Made by a program: the position numbers and the translations under genes. DNA of 64,000 nt from an uncultured Methanoregulaceae archaeon (GTDB taxonomy: Archaea > Halobacteriota > Methanomicrobia > Methanomicrobiales > Methanospirillaceae). Under the pieces are notes generated by a model that was not told where the DNA came from, searched no databases, and saw nothing but the letters and a program-made list of their open reading frames with translations. The stretch is taken from positions 384,001 through 448,000 of the forward strand of contig CAVTTL010000001.1 of NCBI GenBank assembly GCA_963737635.1, read 5' to 3'. This document shows positions 20,759 to 31,390 of this stretch, piece after piece. Numbering within the stretch: the stretch's first letter is position 1; the number at the start of each line of letters is the position of its first letter.

Positions 20759-21670
20759 TTGGTGAGATTTATAAGAGAAAACATTCACCCAAGGGGATTG
20801 CTTGCGGGACTCGCAATTGGGGACGCATTGGGTGCGCCCTTAGAGGGATCTCCCCAATCTGAAGCCTGGGTGACAAACATGCGGCCCGGAGGGCGCCATT
20901 TCCGGAAGGCCGGCCAGTACACGGATGATACCCTGCAAGCGCTTGCAGTTGCAGAATCCCTTCTCGCATGTAGGGATTTTAACCCATCTGACCTCATACA
21001 GCGGTTTCTTTCCGGGTACCGAAAGCAGCCGGAATGGTATGGACCCACCTCTTCTGCATTTTTTAACCTCGTCTCTTCTGGCACCCTGCCGCATCGTGCC
21101 GCATGGCTTGTTCACCGACATCATCGCGGGAGTCGTACCAATGGGAGTGTGATGCGGGGATTCCCTCTTGGAATTTTTTATCCTTCGGATGTGGTGTACG
21201 ATATCAGCATTGCCTGTTCACGGCTCACCCATTACGATCCTGTTGCCGGTCACTGCTCTGCGTGGCTCACCATGATGGCCAGTGATATGTGCCGGGGTGT
21301 TCCCAGAAAACAAGCGTTTGCGCATGCCCGGTCACGCTGCAGGAGCGCGGAGGTGCTCGCTGTTCTGGGGAACTACGAGCAGCACCATCCTGAACCATCA
21401 CTCGATGCCGTAGAGTGCTCACATGCAGCCCTTTTTTGTTTCATGACCGCTCACACATTCGAGAATGCTCTCCTTTCGGCTATAAATCTTGGAGGGGATT
21501 CGGATACGGTCGGGGCGTGTTGTGGTGCTTTGGCGGGGTCATCGTGGGGAATCGACGCTGCCCCAGAACGATGGACGAAAATACTTGATGGCTTTAATGA
21601 GATTGTTCACCTTGCAGATATGCTCTGGCAGGTTCGGCAGGACAAAAGAGTGGAAGGGACTGACCGATGA
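20759..21670 (+). CDS. ADP-ribosylglycohydrolase family protein
   Basis: GDALGAP, GQYTDDT, NGSVMR and GGDSDT motifs. Confidence 0.9.
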   Translation: MVRFIRENIHPRGLLAGLAIGDALGAPLEGSPQSEAWVTNMRPGGRHFRKAGQYTDDTLQALAVAESLLACRDFNPSDLIQRFLSGYRKQPEWYGPTSSAFFNLVSSGTLPHRAAWLVHRHHRGSRTNGSVMRGFPLGIFYPSDVVYDISIACSRLTHYDPVAGHCSAWLTMMASDMCRGVPRKQAFAHARSRCRSAEVLAVLGNYEQHHPEPSLDAVECSHAALFCFMTAHTFENALLSAINLGGDSDTVGACCGALAGSSWGIDAAPERWTKILDGFNEIVHLADMLWQVRQDKRVEGTDR

Positions 21671-21682
21671 GCACCGGGTAGA

Positions 21683-22129
21683 TTACACAGGTTTAATCTC
21701 GACGAGCTTCAATGCACGGCCTTTGCTGCAGATATCGGATGCATTACCTAATATCTCGGAGATAAAATATTTCTCACCTTCAACCACACCATCCGGCCGG
21801 CAGAGCGGGTAGCTTTTGCAGTCCGTTTTATTGCAGGAGAATTCCACCTTTATCTTGGAGTTGATCATTGCCATATCGGCACCAATCAGCATAGTCACCG
21901 GTGCCTCCATTACTTCCACTGCGGTCGCCCCGTTGAAATGGACCACACATTCATGGTGGGTACTCCGGACGGTGATGATCCGGTACCGGTGACCCTTGTT
22001 CAAATTGTTGCATGCTTTTTTGATCTTGCAGGTTCCGCACTCCGGTGATTCTCCTTCATAGACGAATTCGACACCTGGTTTTGCAAGGACCGTTCCCACA
22101 ATCGTTACTTTGGTTTTTGTCTCAGCCAT
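21683..22129 (-). CDS. UPF0179 family protein
   Basis: VTIVGTVLAKPG.EF, C..C....C and Cys-rich C-terminus. Confidence 0.8.
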   Translation of the reverse strand: MAETKTKVTIVGTVLAKPGVEFVYEGESPECGTCKIKKACNNLNKGHRYRIITVRSTHHECVVHFNGATAVEVMEAPVTMLIGADMAMINSKIKVEFSCNKTDCKSYPLCRPDGVVEGEKYFISEILGNASDICSKGRALKLVEIKPV

Positions 22130-22170
22130 GGCAACATTCCTGCACGTTTTGGTCTTTTTTTTGCGGCGGA

Positions 22171-23251
22171 TTATTCCGCATAGAGCATCTGGATGAGGTT
22201 CTCCGCTGATTCCCTGGTGATGCCCATATCAAAGATGGTAAAGCGCTCCGGGCGGATAGTTTTTGCCATCAGGAGCGCCTCAACTGCGATCTCATCAGCG
22301 ATGCCAATCTCCGCCGGCGTCACCGGAGCGCCAATTGTCCTGAGAGACTCACGGATTCCTCTCCAGTCGCCTCCGTGAAGGTACATTGATATAATAGTAC
22401 CGATCCCGCAGCTTTCCCCGTGCAGGGCCTTTCCCGGGGCAAGCCGGTCAATGGCATGGGAGAACTTATGCTCTCCGCCGCTCGCGGGCCGCGATGACCC
22501 CGCAATGCTCATTGCAACCCCGCTTGACACAAGGGCCTTTGTGACAAACCACGCTGATCGCTCCTGATGGGGTTTTATGAGATCTGCATTCTTAACGAGA
22601 ATTTCGGCGGTCATCTTTGAGAGGGCTACCGCATATTCACTCATAGGCTCGCCTTTGATCCTGTGTGCCATCTCCCAGTCAAGAATCGCAGTATAATTGG
22701 AGATCACATCAGCGCAACCAGCCGCAAGAAGCCGGTGCGGTGCGGAAGCAATGATTCCGGTGTCTGCGATTATAGCGAGCGGCGGATGTGCTTCGAGCGA
22801 GACATTCCCCTCACTCATGGGAACTGACGCCCGGGCTGAGGCAATGCCATCGTGGGATGCAGCCGTCGGAACAGACACAAACTGCCGGTCGATGTTGTAC
22901 GACACGATCTTTGCCGTATCGATCACCCGGCCTCCCCCGACGCCGATCACAAAGTCCATACCTTCTGCCGCCTGTTCAGCATCCCTGATAATCTCCGGGC
23001 TGATCTCTTCTGCGAAGTAGATCTCTACAGTCCCCAGTTTGGAGAGTTGGTCCCGGACGGTTCTCCCGGCCAGTCTCCATGGTATTCTTGCCGGAGATGA
23101 GAAGAGCCGATTTCCCCATTTTCAGATCGGTGCAGACAGGAGTAATCTGGCCAAGAACATCATGGCCTATCACAACGTCACGGGGTAACTGCATCCACTT
23201 GGACTTGTCAAAGACCTTCTCTTTGAGTAATTTTATGGTATCAGGACTCAT
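22171..23251 (-). CDS. egsA: sn-glycerol-1-phosphate dehydrogenase (frameshifted around 22980-23075)
   Basis: WMQLPRDVVIGH in the 5' ORF; GVGGGRVID, PTAASHDG, SGGEHKFSH and HGE in the 3' ORF. Confidence 0.9.
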
Positions 23252-23262
23252 CCGGATAATGA

Positions 23263-24129
23263 ATGATTAGTGATTTCATATACAAATACTACATAGATCC
23301 CGTTAAGTACGGCGAACCCTACAATATCGTCGAGACGCTCACGTATGCTCTCATCCTCGTTATAGGAGTATATCTATTATACCGTTGGTTTTCAAATTCT
23401 GCGTGGCTTTCAGAGCACGGTATAAAACTCGATTCATCGTTTATCCTTGCTACTCTTCCGTATGTTGTTCTTGGTGGCGTGCTCCGGGTTATCCAGGATA
23501 CCGGAATGGTCACCGGCGACTGGCAGTATCTGATCGTTACCCCTCCGATATACTTTGTGCTGTTCTTCTTTACACTCGGGATGATCTTTATCGGAGGCAC
23601 CCTGAAGAAAAACGGACTTGTGAAAGATTTTCTTTCATTTTATGCGTTCATCGGGTGTTTGGCAGTCTTTGTTATCTCGCTGATCCTTGTTGCCTGGGGT
23701 ATGACTCACACCCATATCGATCTCTTCATTCTCGCGATGATCCTTCTTATGGCCGTAACATCAGCGGTGCTGGTCTGGGCATGCATGAGATACGTTCTCT
23801 CATGGGAATATGTCCGGGATCCGCTCTACATTGCCCTCATTTTCGGACAGATGCTGGATGCCAGTGCCACCAGTTACGGACTCACCTTCCACCCGGCCGT
23901 CCATTACATTGAGCAGCATGTTGTCGGATCAAACCTCATCGCGATGACGGGGACCGCTTTTGTCATGTACCCGCTCAAGCTTGTGATCCTCTTCCCGGCG
24001 ATCTATATTATGCAACTCTATCGTAGGGAGGCAAATCCGGCTTTCTGGCACCTGGTGCTTCTGGCTATGATCGTAGTCGGTCTTGCCCCCGGAGTCCGTG
24101 ACATGATCCGGATGGTTCTTTATGTCTGA
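23263..24129 (+). CDS. DUF63 family membrane protein
   Basis: YN.V.TLTY, GQMLDASAT, EQHV and GLAPGVRD motifs; multiple TM helices. Confidence 0.8.
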   Translation: MISDFIYKYYIDPVKYGEPYNIVETLTYALILVIGVYLLYRWFSNSAWLSEHGIKLDSSFILATLPYVVLGGVLRVIQDTGMVTGDWQYLIVTPPIYFVLFFFTLGMIFIGGTLKKNGLVKDFLSFYAFIGCLAVFVISLILVAWGMTHTHIDLFILAMILLMAVTSAVLVWACMRYVLSWEYVRDPLYIALIFGQMLDASATSYGLTFHPAVHYIEQHVVGSNLIAMTGTAFVMYPLKLVILFPAIYIMQLYRREANPAFWHLVLLAMIVVGLAPGVRDMIRMVLYV

Positions 24130-24715
24130 TCCCGGACATATTCCCATGACGGATCGTGCTTCTTTCGGAAATACCATTACTGTCGCGGTTCTCCTCTTTC
24201 TTGTTGCCACAATTGTCGGTTGGATCGGCACTGCGCACAATCCGGACATAGGGAACGCACTGCTCCAGATGTTCCAAAAAGAGATAGCCGGCCAGATTAC
24301 TATCGGCAATCCGGTTGACATGTGCCTGAATATCTTTGCCAACAACCTTGAAGCATGCATCCTGCTCTTTCTGGGAGGAGCTTCGTTTGGGATTCTTACG
24401 ATGGTGATACTGAGCCTAAACGGGATTGTCATCGGGGCGATTACCGAGATCGTAAGCAAGGGCCATACGGCAATCTTTATAGCCGCCGCTATAGTCCCCC
24501 ATGGAATCTTTGAGATTCCTGCATTTATCATCTCAGGGGCGCTTGGTTTTCTTATGGCGCAGTCACTTATCGGAGAATGGTATGGTTCCGGTGATACTGC
24601 AGCGGATGCAGCACGTTTAGCCCGACTCTTTCTGCTGTATGTGGTGCCTCTTATTGCCGTCGCAGCGGTTGTCGAGGCTTTTATTACACCGGTGATCATA
24701 CAGATAGTAGCTTAA
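24122..24715 (+). CDS. SpoIIM-like (DUF95) membrane protein
   Basis: IFANN, PHGIFEIPA and AAVVEAFITP motifs. Confidence 0.85.
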   Translation: MSDPGHIPMTDRASFGNTITVAVLLFLVATIVGWIGTAHNPDIGNALLQMFQKEIAGQITIGNPVDMCLNIFANNLEACILLFLGGASFGILTMVILSLNGIVIGAITEIVSKGHTAIFIAAAIVPHGIFEIPAFIISGALGFLMAQSLIGEWYGSGDTAADAARLARLFLLYVVPLIAVAAVVEAFITPVIIQIVA

Positions 24716-24724
24716 GAGGTTTTC

Positions 24725-26161
24725 ATGGACGAGGATGCGGGCGCCCTGCCAAAAAAACAGGATTTTTCCGAATGGTACAACGAACTGCTGTGGCGTGCGG
24801 AGATCATGGATGTCCGCTATCCGGTAAAAGGACTCTATGTCTGGTTCCCATATGGATTCGCAATTCGCAAATTCGTATATCTCCACCTGCGCAAACTGCT
24901 TGACCGGGAGCATCAGGAAACACTGTTTCCCCTTTTAATCCCGGAACAGGAGTTCATGAAAGAGGCCGAGCATATCAAGGGGTTCGAAAATGAGGTGTAC
25001 TGGGTAACTCACGGCGGAACGACCCCCCTTGATGTGAGACTTGCACTCCGGCCGACAAGTGAGACGGCCATCTACCCGATGTTTGCACTCTGGGTCCGTT
25101 CTCATGCCGATCTCCCCATCAAGATCTATCAGATTGTGAATACATTCAGGTATGAGACAAAGCAGACTCGCCCCTTGATCCGGCTTCGCGAGATCACCTC
25201 GTTCATGGAATCGCATACCGTTCACGCGACATGGGATGAAGCGGAAGCGCAGGTGGAATCAGAAATAGCTCTTACTCGTGAATTTTACAAAAGCCTCTGC
25301 ATCCCGATCATTATCTCAAAACGCCCTGACTGGGATAAATTCCCCGGTGCTGACTATACGATTGCCGTGGACACAATTATGCCCAACGGTAAAACCCTGC
25401 AGATCGGCACAGTCCATCACCTCGGTGATCACTTCTCCCGGACATTCTCCATAATGTACGAAGATAAAAACGGGGAACAGAAATTTGCATATCAGACTTG
25501 TTATGGGATCTCCGAACGCTGCATCGCGGCCCTGATCTCCGTTCACGGCGATGACAACGGCCTCATCCTTCCCCCGGCAGTCGCTACCTTCCAAGCCGTG
25601 ATCGTGCCAATCATGATTGGAAAACGTCACGATGACGTGCTCGCTGCCACAGAAAAACTTAAACTCGATCTGGAGGTGGCCGGTCTCAGGGTGATACTGG
25701 ATACGAGGGATATGCGGCCGGGGGCGAAGTACTACTGGTGGGAACTCCGGGGTGTCCCGCTCAGGCTCGAACTGGGGCCGAGGGATCTCGACGCCGGAAA
25801 AGCGATGGCGGTAAAACGGACAGGTGGGAAGACCGCGATCTCTCTTGCGACAGCTGCAGGGGATGTTATACAGGTACTCGATACCATCACCTCAGAGATC
25901 AGGGTGAAAGCCGAAGAACATACGATGTCTCATCTCTGCACGGTCGATTCTATTGATGCCCTAAACGCAGCCCTTAATGAAGGAAAAGTTGCGGTCGTCC
26001 ACTGGTGCCAGGATAAGTGCTGCGGGGATGCTATCGAAGAAAAGGCGAACTCGAGCCTGCTCGGGACCGATGTCAGATCAGACTATATAGAGGTCACAGA
26101 CGGGCCATGTATCATCTGCAACAAATCAGGTAAGGCAACTCTCGTCGGCAGGACCTACTGA
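24725..26161 (+). CDS. proS: Proline--tRNA ligase
   Basis: [30 protein letters not shown] and [12 protein letters not shown] motifs. Confidence 0.97.
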   Translation: MDEDAGALPKKQDFSEWYNELLWRAEIMDVRYPVKGLYVWFPYGFAIRKFVYLHLRKLLDREHQETLFPLLIPEQEFMKEAEHIKGFENEVYWVTHGGTTPLDVRLALRPTSETAIYPMFALWVRSHADLPIKIYQIVNTFRYETKQTRPLIRLREITSFMESHTVHATWDEAEAQVESEIALTREFYKSLCIPIIISKRPDWDKFPGADYTIAVDTIMPNGKTLQIGTVHHLGDHFSRTFSIMYEDKNGEQKFAYQTCYGISERCIAALISVHGDDNGLILPPAVATFQAVIVPIMIGKRHDDVLAATEKLKLDLEVAGLRVILDTRDMRPGAKYYWWELRGVPLRLELGPRDLDAGKAMAVKRTGGKTAISLATAAGDVIQVLDTITSEIRVKAEEHTMSHLCTVDSIDALNAALNEGKVAVVHWCQDKCCGDAIEEKANSSLLGTDVRSDYIEVTDGPCIICNKSGKATLVGRTY

Positions 26162-26305
26162 GTTTCTACTTAAGGGAAAAATAGCGAGAGAATCCTATGA
26201 AGTCTCCGGAGATCCCGGGCGTTAATGTTAAAAGAGAATACCGCCCCCTATTTACCTAAGCGATCACAAAAAGATGACACTTCCCAAGAGAGACCAGAGG
26301 TATAT

Positions 26306-27271
26306 ATGAAATCAGGAGCCACGGCCGTAGCCCTGCTTGCTGCGCTTCTGGTGATACTTATTCTGCCGCCAGTATCCGCCTCGCTGACTGCCATGACCAG
26401 CGGTCCCCAGACCATCGTGAAGGGAGATACGGCGACTTTCGCAGGTACCGGCGCTGAAAATGGTTCGATAACACTGTGGATCATCGGGCAAAACTACTTT
26501 GAGACACAGACGACAAAACCGGACAAAACCGGGAATTTCACCTTTATTATTACACCAAAAGAGACGACGCTGTTTTCTCCGGGTCAATATGCATTTTTGA
26601 TTCAGGATCCCGGCGCGAACAGGAATTTTGAGATCGGACCGCTGCTCTTGAGCGACGGTATACGTATTGCAGATCAGGGAAAAATTGTGGGTGATATCGG
26701 TCAAATATCATCCTTCCCCGTGGACATCCATCCTCTTGTCAGCATTATTCTCAATTCATCTATGCAATCAGATACTGATGATATTTTTACTCCGTATTAC
26801 TTCTACGTTGAGGATCCGTCTGTCCACTTCAACCGGATAAGTGACACCGGTAACCTGCCTGATCAGACAACCGGGGAAGCTCTTCTTATCACCGGGACGA
26901 CGAACATCGGCCCCGAGAACCTGCTCCATGTTGAGATTAAAAATGCGACTTCCGGAGACGTAGTAACGTCCCAAAATATCCCGGTAGAAGCGGGGGCCAA
27001 TTCCAACCAGTGGACCTATTCTCTCGATGAACCCGGCTTGCCCGCGGGTCCATATACCGTAACGGTCGGCGAACAAGTATACACCACATCGGAAAGTGCA
27101 TCAGCGGAGCTGAATATACTCCAATACCGTATCGCCAGCAACTCGTCCCTGTACGGGCAACCGGAATTACCTGCCGGGGTAACTACCTATGGCGCCCTCC
27201 TTCCTCTGCTCATCAGTTGTGCCGGCCTTGCAATTATCGGGATTATTATGCTGGTATCATTACGTAAGTGA
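26306..27271 (+). CDS. Secreted, membrane-anchored hypothetical protein
   Basis: N-terminal signal peptide (ATG 26306), beta-rich body, C-terminal TM helix followed by RK. Confidence 0.7.
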   Translation: MKSGATAVALLAALLVILILPPVSASLTAMTSGPQTIVKGDTATFAGTGAENGSITLWIIGQNYFETQTTKPDKTGNFTFIITPKETTLFSPGQYAFLIQDPGANRNFEIGPLLLSDGIRIADQGKIVGDIGQISSFPVDIHPLVSIILNSSMQSDTDDIFTPYYFYVEDPSVHFNRISDTGNLPDQTTGEALLITGTTNIGPENLLHVEIKNATSGDVVTSQNIPVEAGANSNQWTYSLDEPGLPAGPYTVTVGEQVYTTSESASAELNILQYRIASNSSLYGQPELPAGVTTYGALLPLLISCAGLAIIGIIMLVSLRK

Positions 27272-27395
27272 AACATCATGGGAAGACATCTACGAATCTT
27301 CTACAACACGTTGTTATCATTTTTGCTGAATATACCAACAAAACAACAATTCTCTAGCAGTAAAATAAATTGAAAAAAATGAGATTGAGAGAAAT

Positions 27396-27851
27396 TTAGC
27401 ACCGGTTGCAAACGTACTGTATGCGCACGAGTGTGGATCGCATATCACCGGTGATTTGTTTTCTTCCGCCTCCAATAAAGAGCCGGTTACATTTTACACA
27501 CCGCTTGGGTCTGATCGTATCAAGGATACCCATCGGGAGTTCCAAGGAGAAATCCGTTTTTGTCCACTCTTCCCGGGGTTTTTCTGCATTCTCTTCGTAA
27601 CTGGAAAGAAAATCCATGATCTGCGATGGCGGAACCCCAAGATCGACAAATTTCTTAAAAACAAAATAATTGAAGATGAGCCACGAGAGGTCGGAACGAT
27701 CTAAAATGCCGTCATATTCTCCGATGGACTCTTCAAAGTCTTCCAGTGAACAGCCGCACAATGGACATTTACCGCCTACTAACTCGTCAAGAAAAACCTC
27801 TTCCTGACAACTTGGGCAGGTTGTATGAGGCGCATGCATGCGTGATGTCAT
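27396..27851 (-). CDS. Hypothetical zinc-ribbon protein
   Basis: CPSC...CPLC at the N-terminus and CVKC...CNRC at the C-terminus. Confidence 0.65.
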   Translation of the reverse strand: MTSRMHAPHTTCPSCQEEVFLDELVGGKCPLCGCSLEDFEESIGEYDGILDRSDLSWLIFNYFVFKKFVDLGVPPSQIMDFLSSYEENAEKPREEWTKTDFSLELPMGILDTIRPKRCVKCNRLFIGGGRKQITGDMRSTLVRIQYVCNRC

Positions 27852-28008
27852 GGTTATTCTCCGTCTTGTTCTAATGTGTCCAAGATGAAAGAAGAAAGAA
27901 TCTCTCGTCGTCCTGAGACTGTTCTCATAATACATGTGCCGGGTTGACACTTATAGGTATCATCCTTGCACATTTACCCCGATAATAGCTTTGTGATACT
28001 GGTGTAAT

Positions 28009-28317
28009 TCAGGACGCCTCAGGTTCCTGAGGCTCCATAACGAGCGCCCCAAAGATCACTTTCTCCAGCACTTGGGAGACATACCGTATATGCATTGCCT
28101 TTTCAAGGTCTTCATTTCGGTGGATATCTGCATAGAGCTGCAGGCGCAAAAGCGCAAAACGGAACTGGTCGAGCGTCTCGTCGTCGAGCTTCATCGCTTG
28201 GCGGTATACCGGTTCCAGAAGATCGGGAAACGCCTGAGGGTTTTCCAGGCAGGTAATAACCGGCTCATAAATGGGGAGTGGTGCTGCTTTTCCGGAAAGG
28301 ATCCGCAGGTAATCCAT
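28009..28317 (-). CDS. Hypothetical protein
   Basis: 102-aa ORF 6 bp downstream of mrp on the same strand. Confidence 0.65.
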   Translation of the reverse strand: MDYLRILSGKAAPLPIYEPVITCLENPQAFPDLLEPVYRQAMKLDDETLDQFRFALLRLQLYADIHRNEDLEKAMHIRYVSQVLEKVIFGALVMEPQEPEAS

Positions 28318-28323
28318 ACTGGC

Positions 28324-29217
28324 TTATCCCTCGACAACTTTTATGAGTGCTTCCATAACCTTATCCACACTTCCCCATGTCGCACTGTCACCTCGCCGGA
28401 TAATGAACGGCCGGCCTTCGTCTCCGGCCTTACGCATATCTATGTCGATCGGTATTGCACCAAGGAACGGTACCGAGAGTTCATCCGCAATTTTTTTACC
28501 GCCGCCTTTCCCGAACAGGTCGACCTCTTGGCCACAGTGAGGGCAGACCATCCCGCTCATATTCTCGACAACGCCCAGCACCGGCAGACCCAGTCTTTCT
28601 ACAAATTTTATAGCCTTTTTCGAATCGAGCGTGGCAACATCCTGAGGAGTGGTCACGATAACGGCACCGCGCACATTGGGCGCCAGTTGTGCAATCGTAA
28701 GCGCTTCATCACCGGTGCCAGGGGGGAGGTCAACGACAAGGTAGTCCAATGATCCCCAGTTGACATCGGTGAGGAACTGGTTGATCGCTGCCATCTTCAT
28801 TGGTCCGCGCCAGATTATCGGTGTGCTCTTATCAGGGAGAAGGAATGCCATGGATATAACCGAGAGCGCCCCGGTAACATGGACCGGTTCTATTTTATTA
28901 CCGATTGTGGAAAGCTTGTGATCCTCTATCCCTAGCATCTTAGGAATATTGGGGCCGTGCAAATCCAGATCCAGAAGCCCGACTTTGTAGCCGTGGCTGG
29001 AAAGTGCATAGGCAAGGTTCACGGATACTGTCGATTTTCCTACGCCTCCTTTACCCGAAAGCACCAAAATGACATGTTTTACGTCAATATCTGCCTTAGG
29101 GGGCAGGCCGGTTTTCGCATCCGAGCATGTTCCCGCCGTCGAGCAGTTGGAGCATTCATGTGAGCAGGAGTCTTTGTTTGGTTTGTCCGGTAGAGTGCCG
29201 GCAGGTTTCTTTGCCAT
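28324..29217 (-). CDS. mrp: Mrp/NBP35 (ApbC) Fe-S cluster carrier ATPase
   Basis: SGKGGVGKST, WRGP, DLPPGTGDE and ENMS...CPHC motifs. Confidence 0.93.
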   Translation of the reverse strand: MAKKPAGTLPDKPNKDSCSHECSNCSTAGTCSDAKTGLPPKADIDVKHVILVLSGKGGVGKSTVSVNLAYALSSHGYKVGLLDLDLHGPNIPKMLGIEDHKLSTIGNKIEPVHVTGALSVISMAFLLPDKSTPIIWRGPMKMAAINQFLTDVNWGSLDYLVVDLPPGTGDEALTIAQLAPNVRGAVIVTTPQDVATLDSKKAIKFVERLGLPVLGVVENMSGMVCPHCGQEVDLFGKGGGKKIADELSVPFLGAIPIDIDMRKAGDEGRPFIIRRGDSATWGSVDKVMEALIKVVEG

Positions 29218-29472
29218 GGGTTGCCTCTAAAGTATAATTGGGTACTTATGTCCTCTAGTATTCTTTTCTTTAGACAATAAATATGCGGAAGGGATAATCG
29301 CCCGTTTCCTCCATGACGGCCACAATGCCCCGGCCACCACTCTGAATGGAAAAACAAAAGTTCCGGGAAATAAGGCAGCGGCTCCCCATTGCAGATATGA
29401 CACCGGATATATGCATGAACAGTATTTTTATGAGACACAGCGTTCATGATGCATACGGGGACGTGAAAGCAT

Positions 29473-29934
29473 ATGGAATCATTACGCGTACGAATTTCTG
29501 TCAGGATTCTGCCGAGCGCATATACCTGTGATGGCGAGGATAAATCACCCGCTATTGAGGTTGACGGCGTAAATGTCCAGCTCTCGAAATGTCTTGCTAT
29601 TATTTGTAACGATCCCGATGCACCGGGAGGAGGAGGTTTTATCCATTGGCTCGCGTGGAACGTCGAACTGGTAAGGATCATACCGGAAAAGATACCAAAA
29701 GATCCTGTAGTTACTTTTCCCATTAAGGCAGTTCAGGGAACGAACAGTTTTGGTAAAATAGGATATTACGGCCCCTGCCCTCCCCACGGGCAGACACACC
29801 GGTACTTCTTTAAGATTTATGGGCTTGACACTGAGCTCGATCTCGCCGCCGGTGCCACAAAAGAGCAGCTGGTACAGGCAATAAACGGGCATGCCGTCCA
29901 GTACGGCGAGACATCGGTGACCTATGGGAGATAA
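29473..29934 (+). CDS. YbhB/YbcL (PEBP) family protein
   Basis: DPDAP...FIHW and GYYGPCPP...HRYFF.IYGLD motifs. Confidence 0.9.
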   Translation: MESLRVRISVRILPSAYTCDGEDKSPAIEVDGVNVQLSKCLAIICNDPDAPGGGGFIHWLAWNVELVRIIPEKIPKDPVVTFPIKAVQGTNSFGKIGYYGPCPPHGQTHRYFFKIYGLDTELDLAAGATKEQLVQAINGHAVQYGETSVTYGR

Positions 29935-29976
29935 AACCGGTAATTGCGTCAGCCTTAATGCTGCCCGCTCCCCAGA

Positions 29977-31173
29977 TTGAACGTACATATGGTACAGCCG
30001 GGAGAGCACGCTGGACAGCATGAGGGTCTGGGGATTTACCGGTACACCTCCGAGCGTGAAGCCCTTCTCTCTCCCCATGCGTCACGAAGCGACCAGGCGA
30101 TGCGGCGCAAGAACCGGAAACCGGAAGATATCCGCACCCCATATTCCCGTGATGCAGATAGAATCATCCATACCCGGGCCTATACACGATATATCGACAA
30201 GACGCAGGTTTTCTATCTGGTAGATAACGATCATATTACGCACCGGGTGATCCACGTCCAGCTCGTCTCAAAGATCGCCCGTACGATTGGCCGTTGCCTG
30301 CGTCTCAATGAGGATCTGATTGAAGCAATCGCTCTCGGTCACGATATCGGTCATATCCCGTACGGGCATTTTGGCGAATCCTGTCTTTCGGATCTCTGCG
30401 AAGAACACGGGATCGGGAAGTTTTTCCATAACGTGCAAAGCGTCAGGTCTCTTGATCGGATAGAGGATCAGGATCTGACCCTTCAGGTGCTGGATGGGAT
30501 CCTCTGCCACAACGGCGAGGCAGATGATATCCGTATCTCCCCGGAACCCTGCCCGGACTGGACGGCATTCGACCGGAAAGTCGAAGTAAACGAGGCGGGG
30601 GGCAGGCGGGCCGGGGCTCCAATGACCCTTGAAGGATGTGTGGTTAAGTTTGCTGACACAATCGCTTATATCGGGCGCGATCTCCAGGATGCACAGGAAG
30701 TCGGCCTTATAAAAGACCCACATGAAATCCCCCGGGAATTCCAAGAAGTGCTAGGAGCCGACAACCGTACTATCATCGACACACTGATTCACGACCTGCT
30801 CGAAAACAGCGATGCCGACGACCGGGGTTTTATTTCTTACAGCGGGGAGGTTGAAAAAGCACTTGCCTCCATCAGGGTATTTTCACAGGACCATATTTAC
30901 AATAACCCAAAACTAACGACGGAACGAGAAAAAATCAGGACTATGTACGGTATCCTTTTTTCAACGTATCTTCAGGATATTGAGGGAGATCGACGTGACT
31001 CAAAGATTTTTACCGATTTTATCCAAGCCACGTGGGTCAACAAGAATTACCTCTTGGCAACATCCCCCGCCGGGCTTGTCCGGGATTTTATAGCCGGGAT
31101 GACTGACAGGTATTTCCTGAAACGATTTGAGGATTGCATGCTCCCTCGTCGGATAGATGGCACATTCAGGTGA
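29977..31173 (+). CDS. HD-domain dNTP triphosphohydrolase (dGTPase-like)
   Basis: RDADRIIH, KTQVF, GHDIGHIPYGH.GE and DFIAGMTD motifs. Confidence 0.88.
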   Translation: MNVHMVQPGEHAGQHEGLGIYRYTSEREALLSPHASRSDQAMRRKNRKPEDIRTPYSRDADRIIHTRAYTRYIDKTQVFYLVDNDHITHRVIHVQLVSKIARTIGRCLRLNEDLIEAIALGHDIGHIPYGHFGESCLSDLCEEHGIGKFFHNVQSVRSLDRIEDQDLTLQVLDGILCHNGEADDIRISPEPCPDWTAFDRKVEVNEAGGRRAGAPMTLEGCVVKFADTIAYIGRDLQDAQEVGLIKDPHEIPREFQEVLGADNRTIIDTLIHDLLENSDADDRGFISYSGEVEKALASIRVFSQDHIYNNPKLTTEREKIRTMYGILFSTYLQDIEGDRRDSKIFTDFIQATWVNKNYLLATSPAGLVRDFIAGMTDRYFLKRFEDCMLPRRIDGTFR

Positions 31174-31180
31174 AAAAGTA

Positions 31181-31387
31181 TCAGTCGTACTTACCTTTCG
31201 GATGCGCCCAACCGGTAAACCCACAGTAGATGCATCCAATACCGTCGCATTCGGGACAAGGCGTTTTAGGCGCTCGTACGAGAACTGTGCCCGTTTTGTT
31301 GCAGTACATGCATCCGATCCCACCGCAATGACTGCAGATCGCAGGTTCGTAAGTTCCCGGGCCATCAGCCATTTCTACCGACTCCAT
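31181..31387 (-). CDS. Small Cys-rich (DnaJ-type zinc-finger-like) protein
   Basis: Two copies of CxxCxGIGCxYCxxTG; 3 bp downstream of the kinase. Confidence 0.7.
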   Translation of the reverse strand: MESVEMADGPGTYEPAICSHCGGIGCMYCNKTGTVLVRAPKTPCPECDGIGCIYCGFTGWAHPKGKYD

Positions 31388-31390
31388 TCC

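Noticed and set aside
20759-21670. ADP-ribosylglycohydrolase or dGTPase-like gene (29977-31173) as defence systems
   Set aside because: Both have host-like composition and housekeeping neighbours, with no partner toxin or mobility signal.
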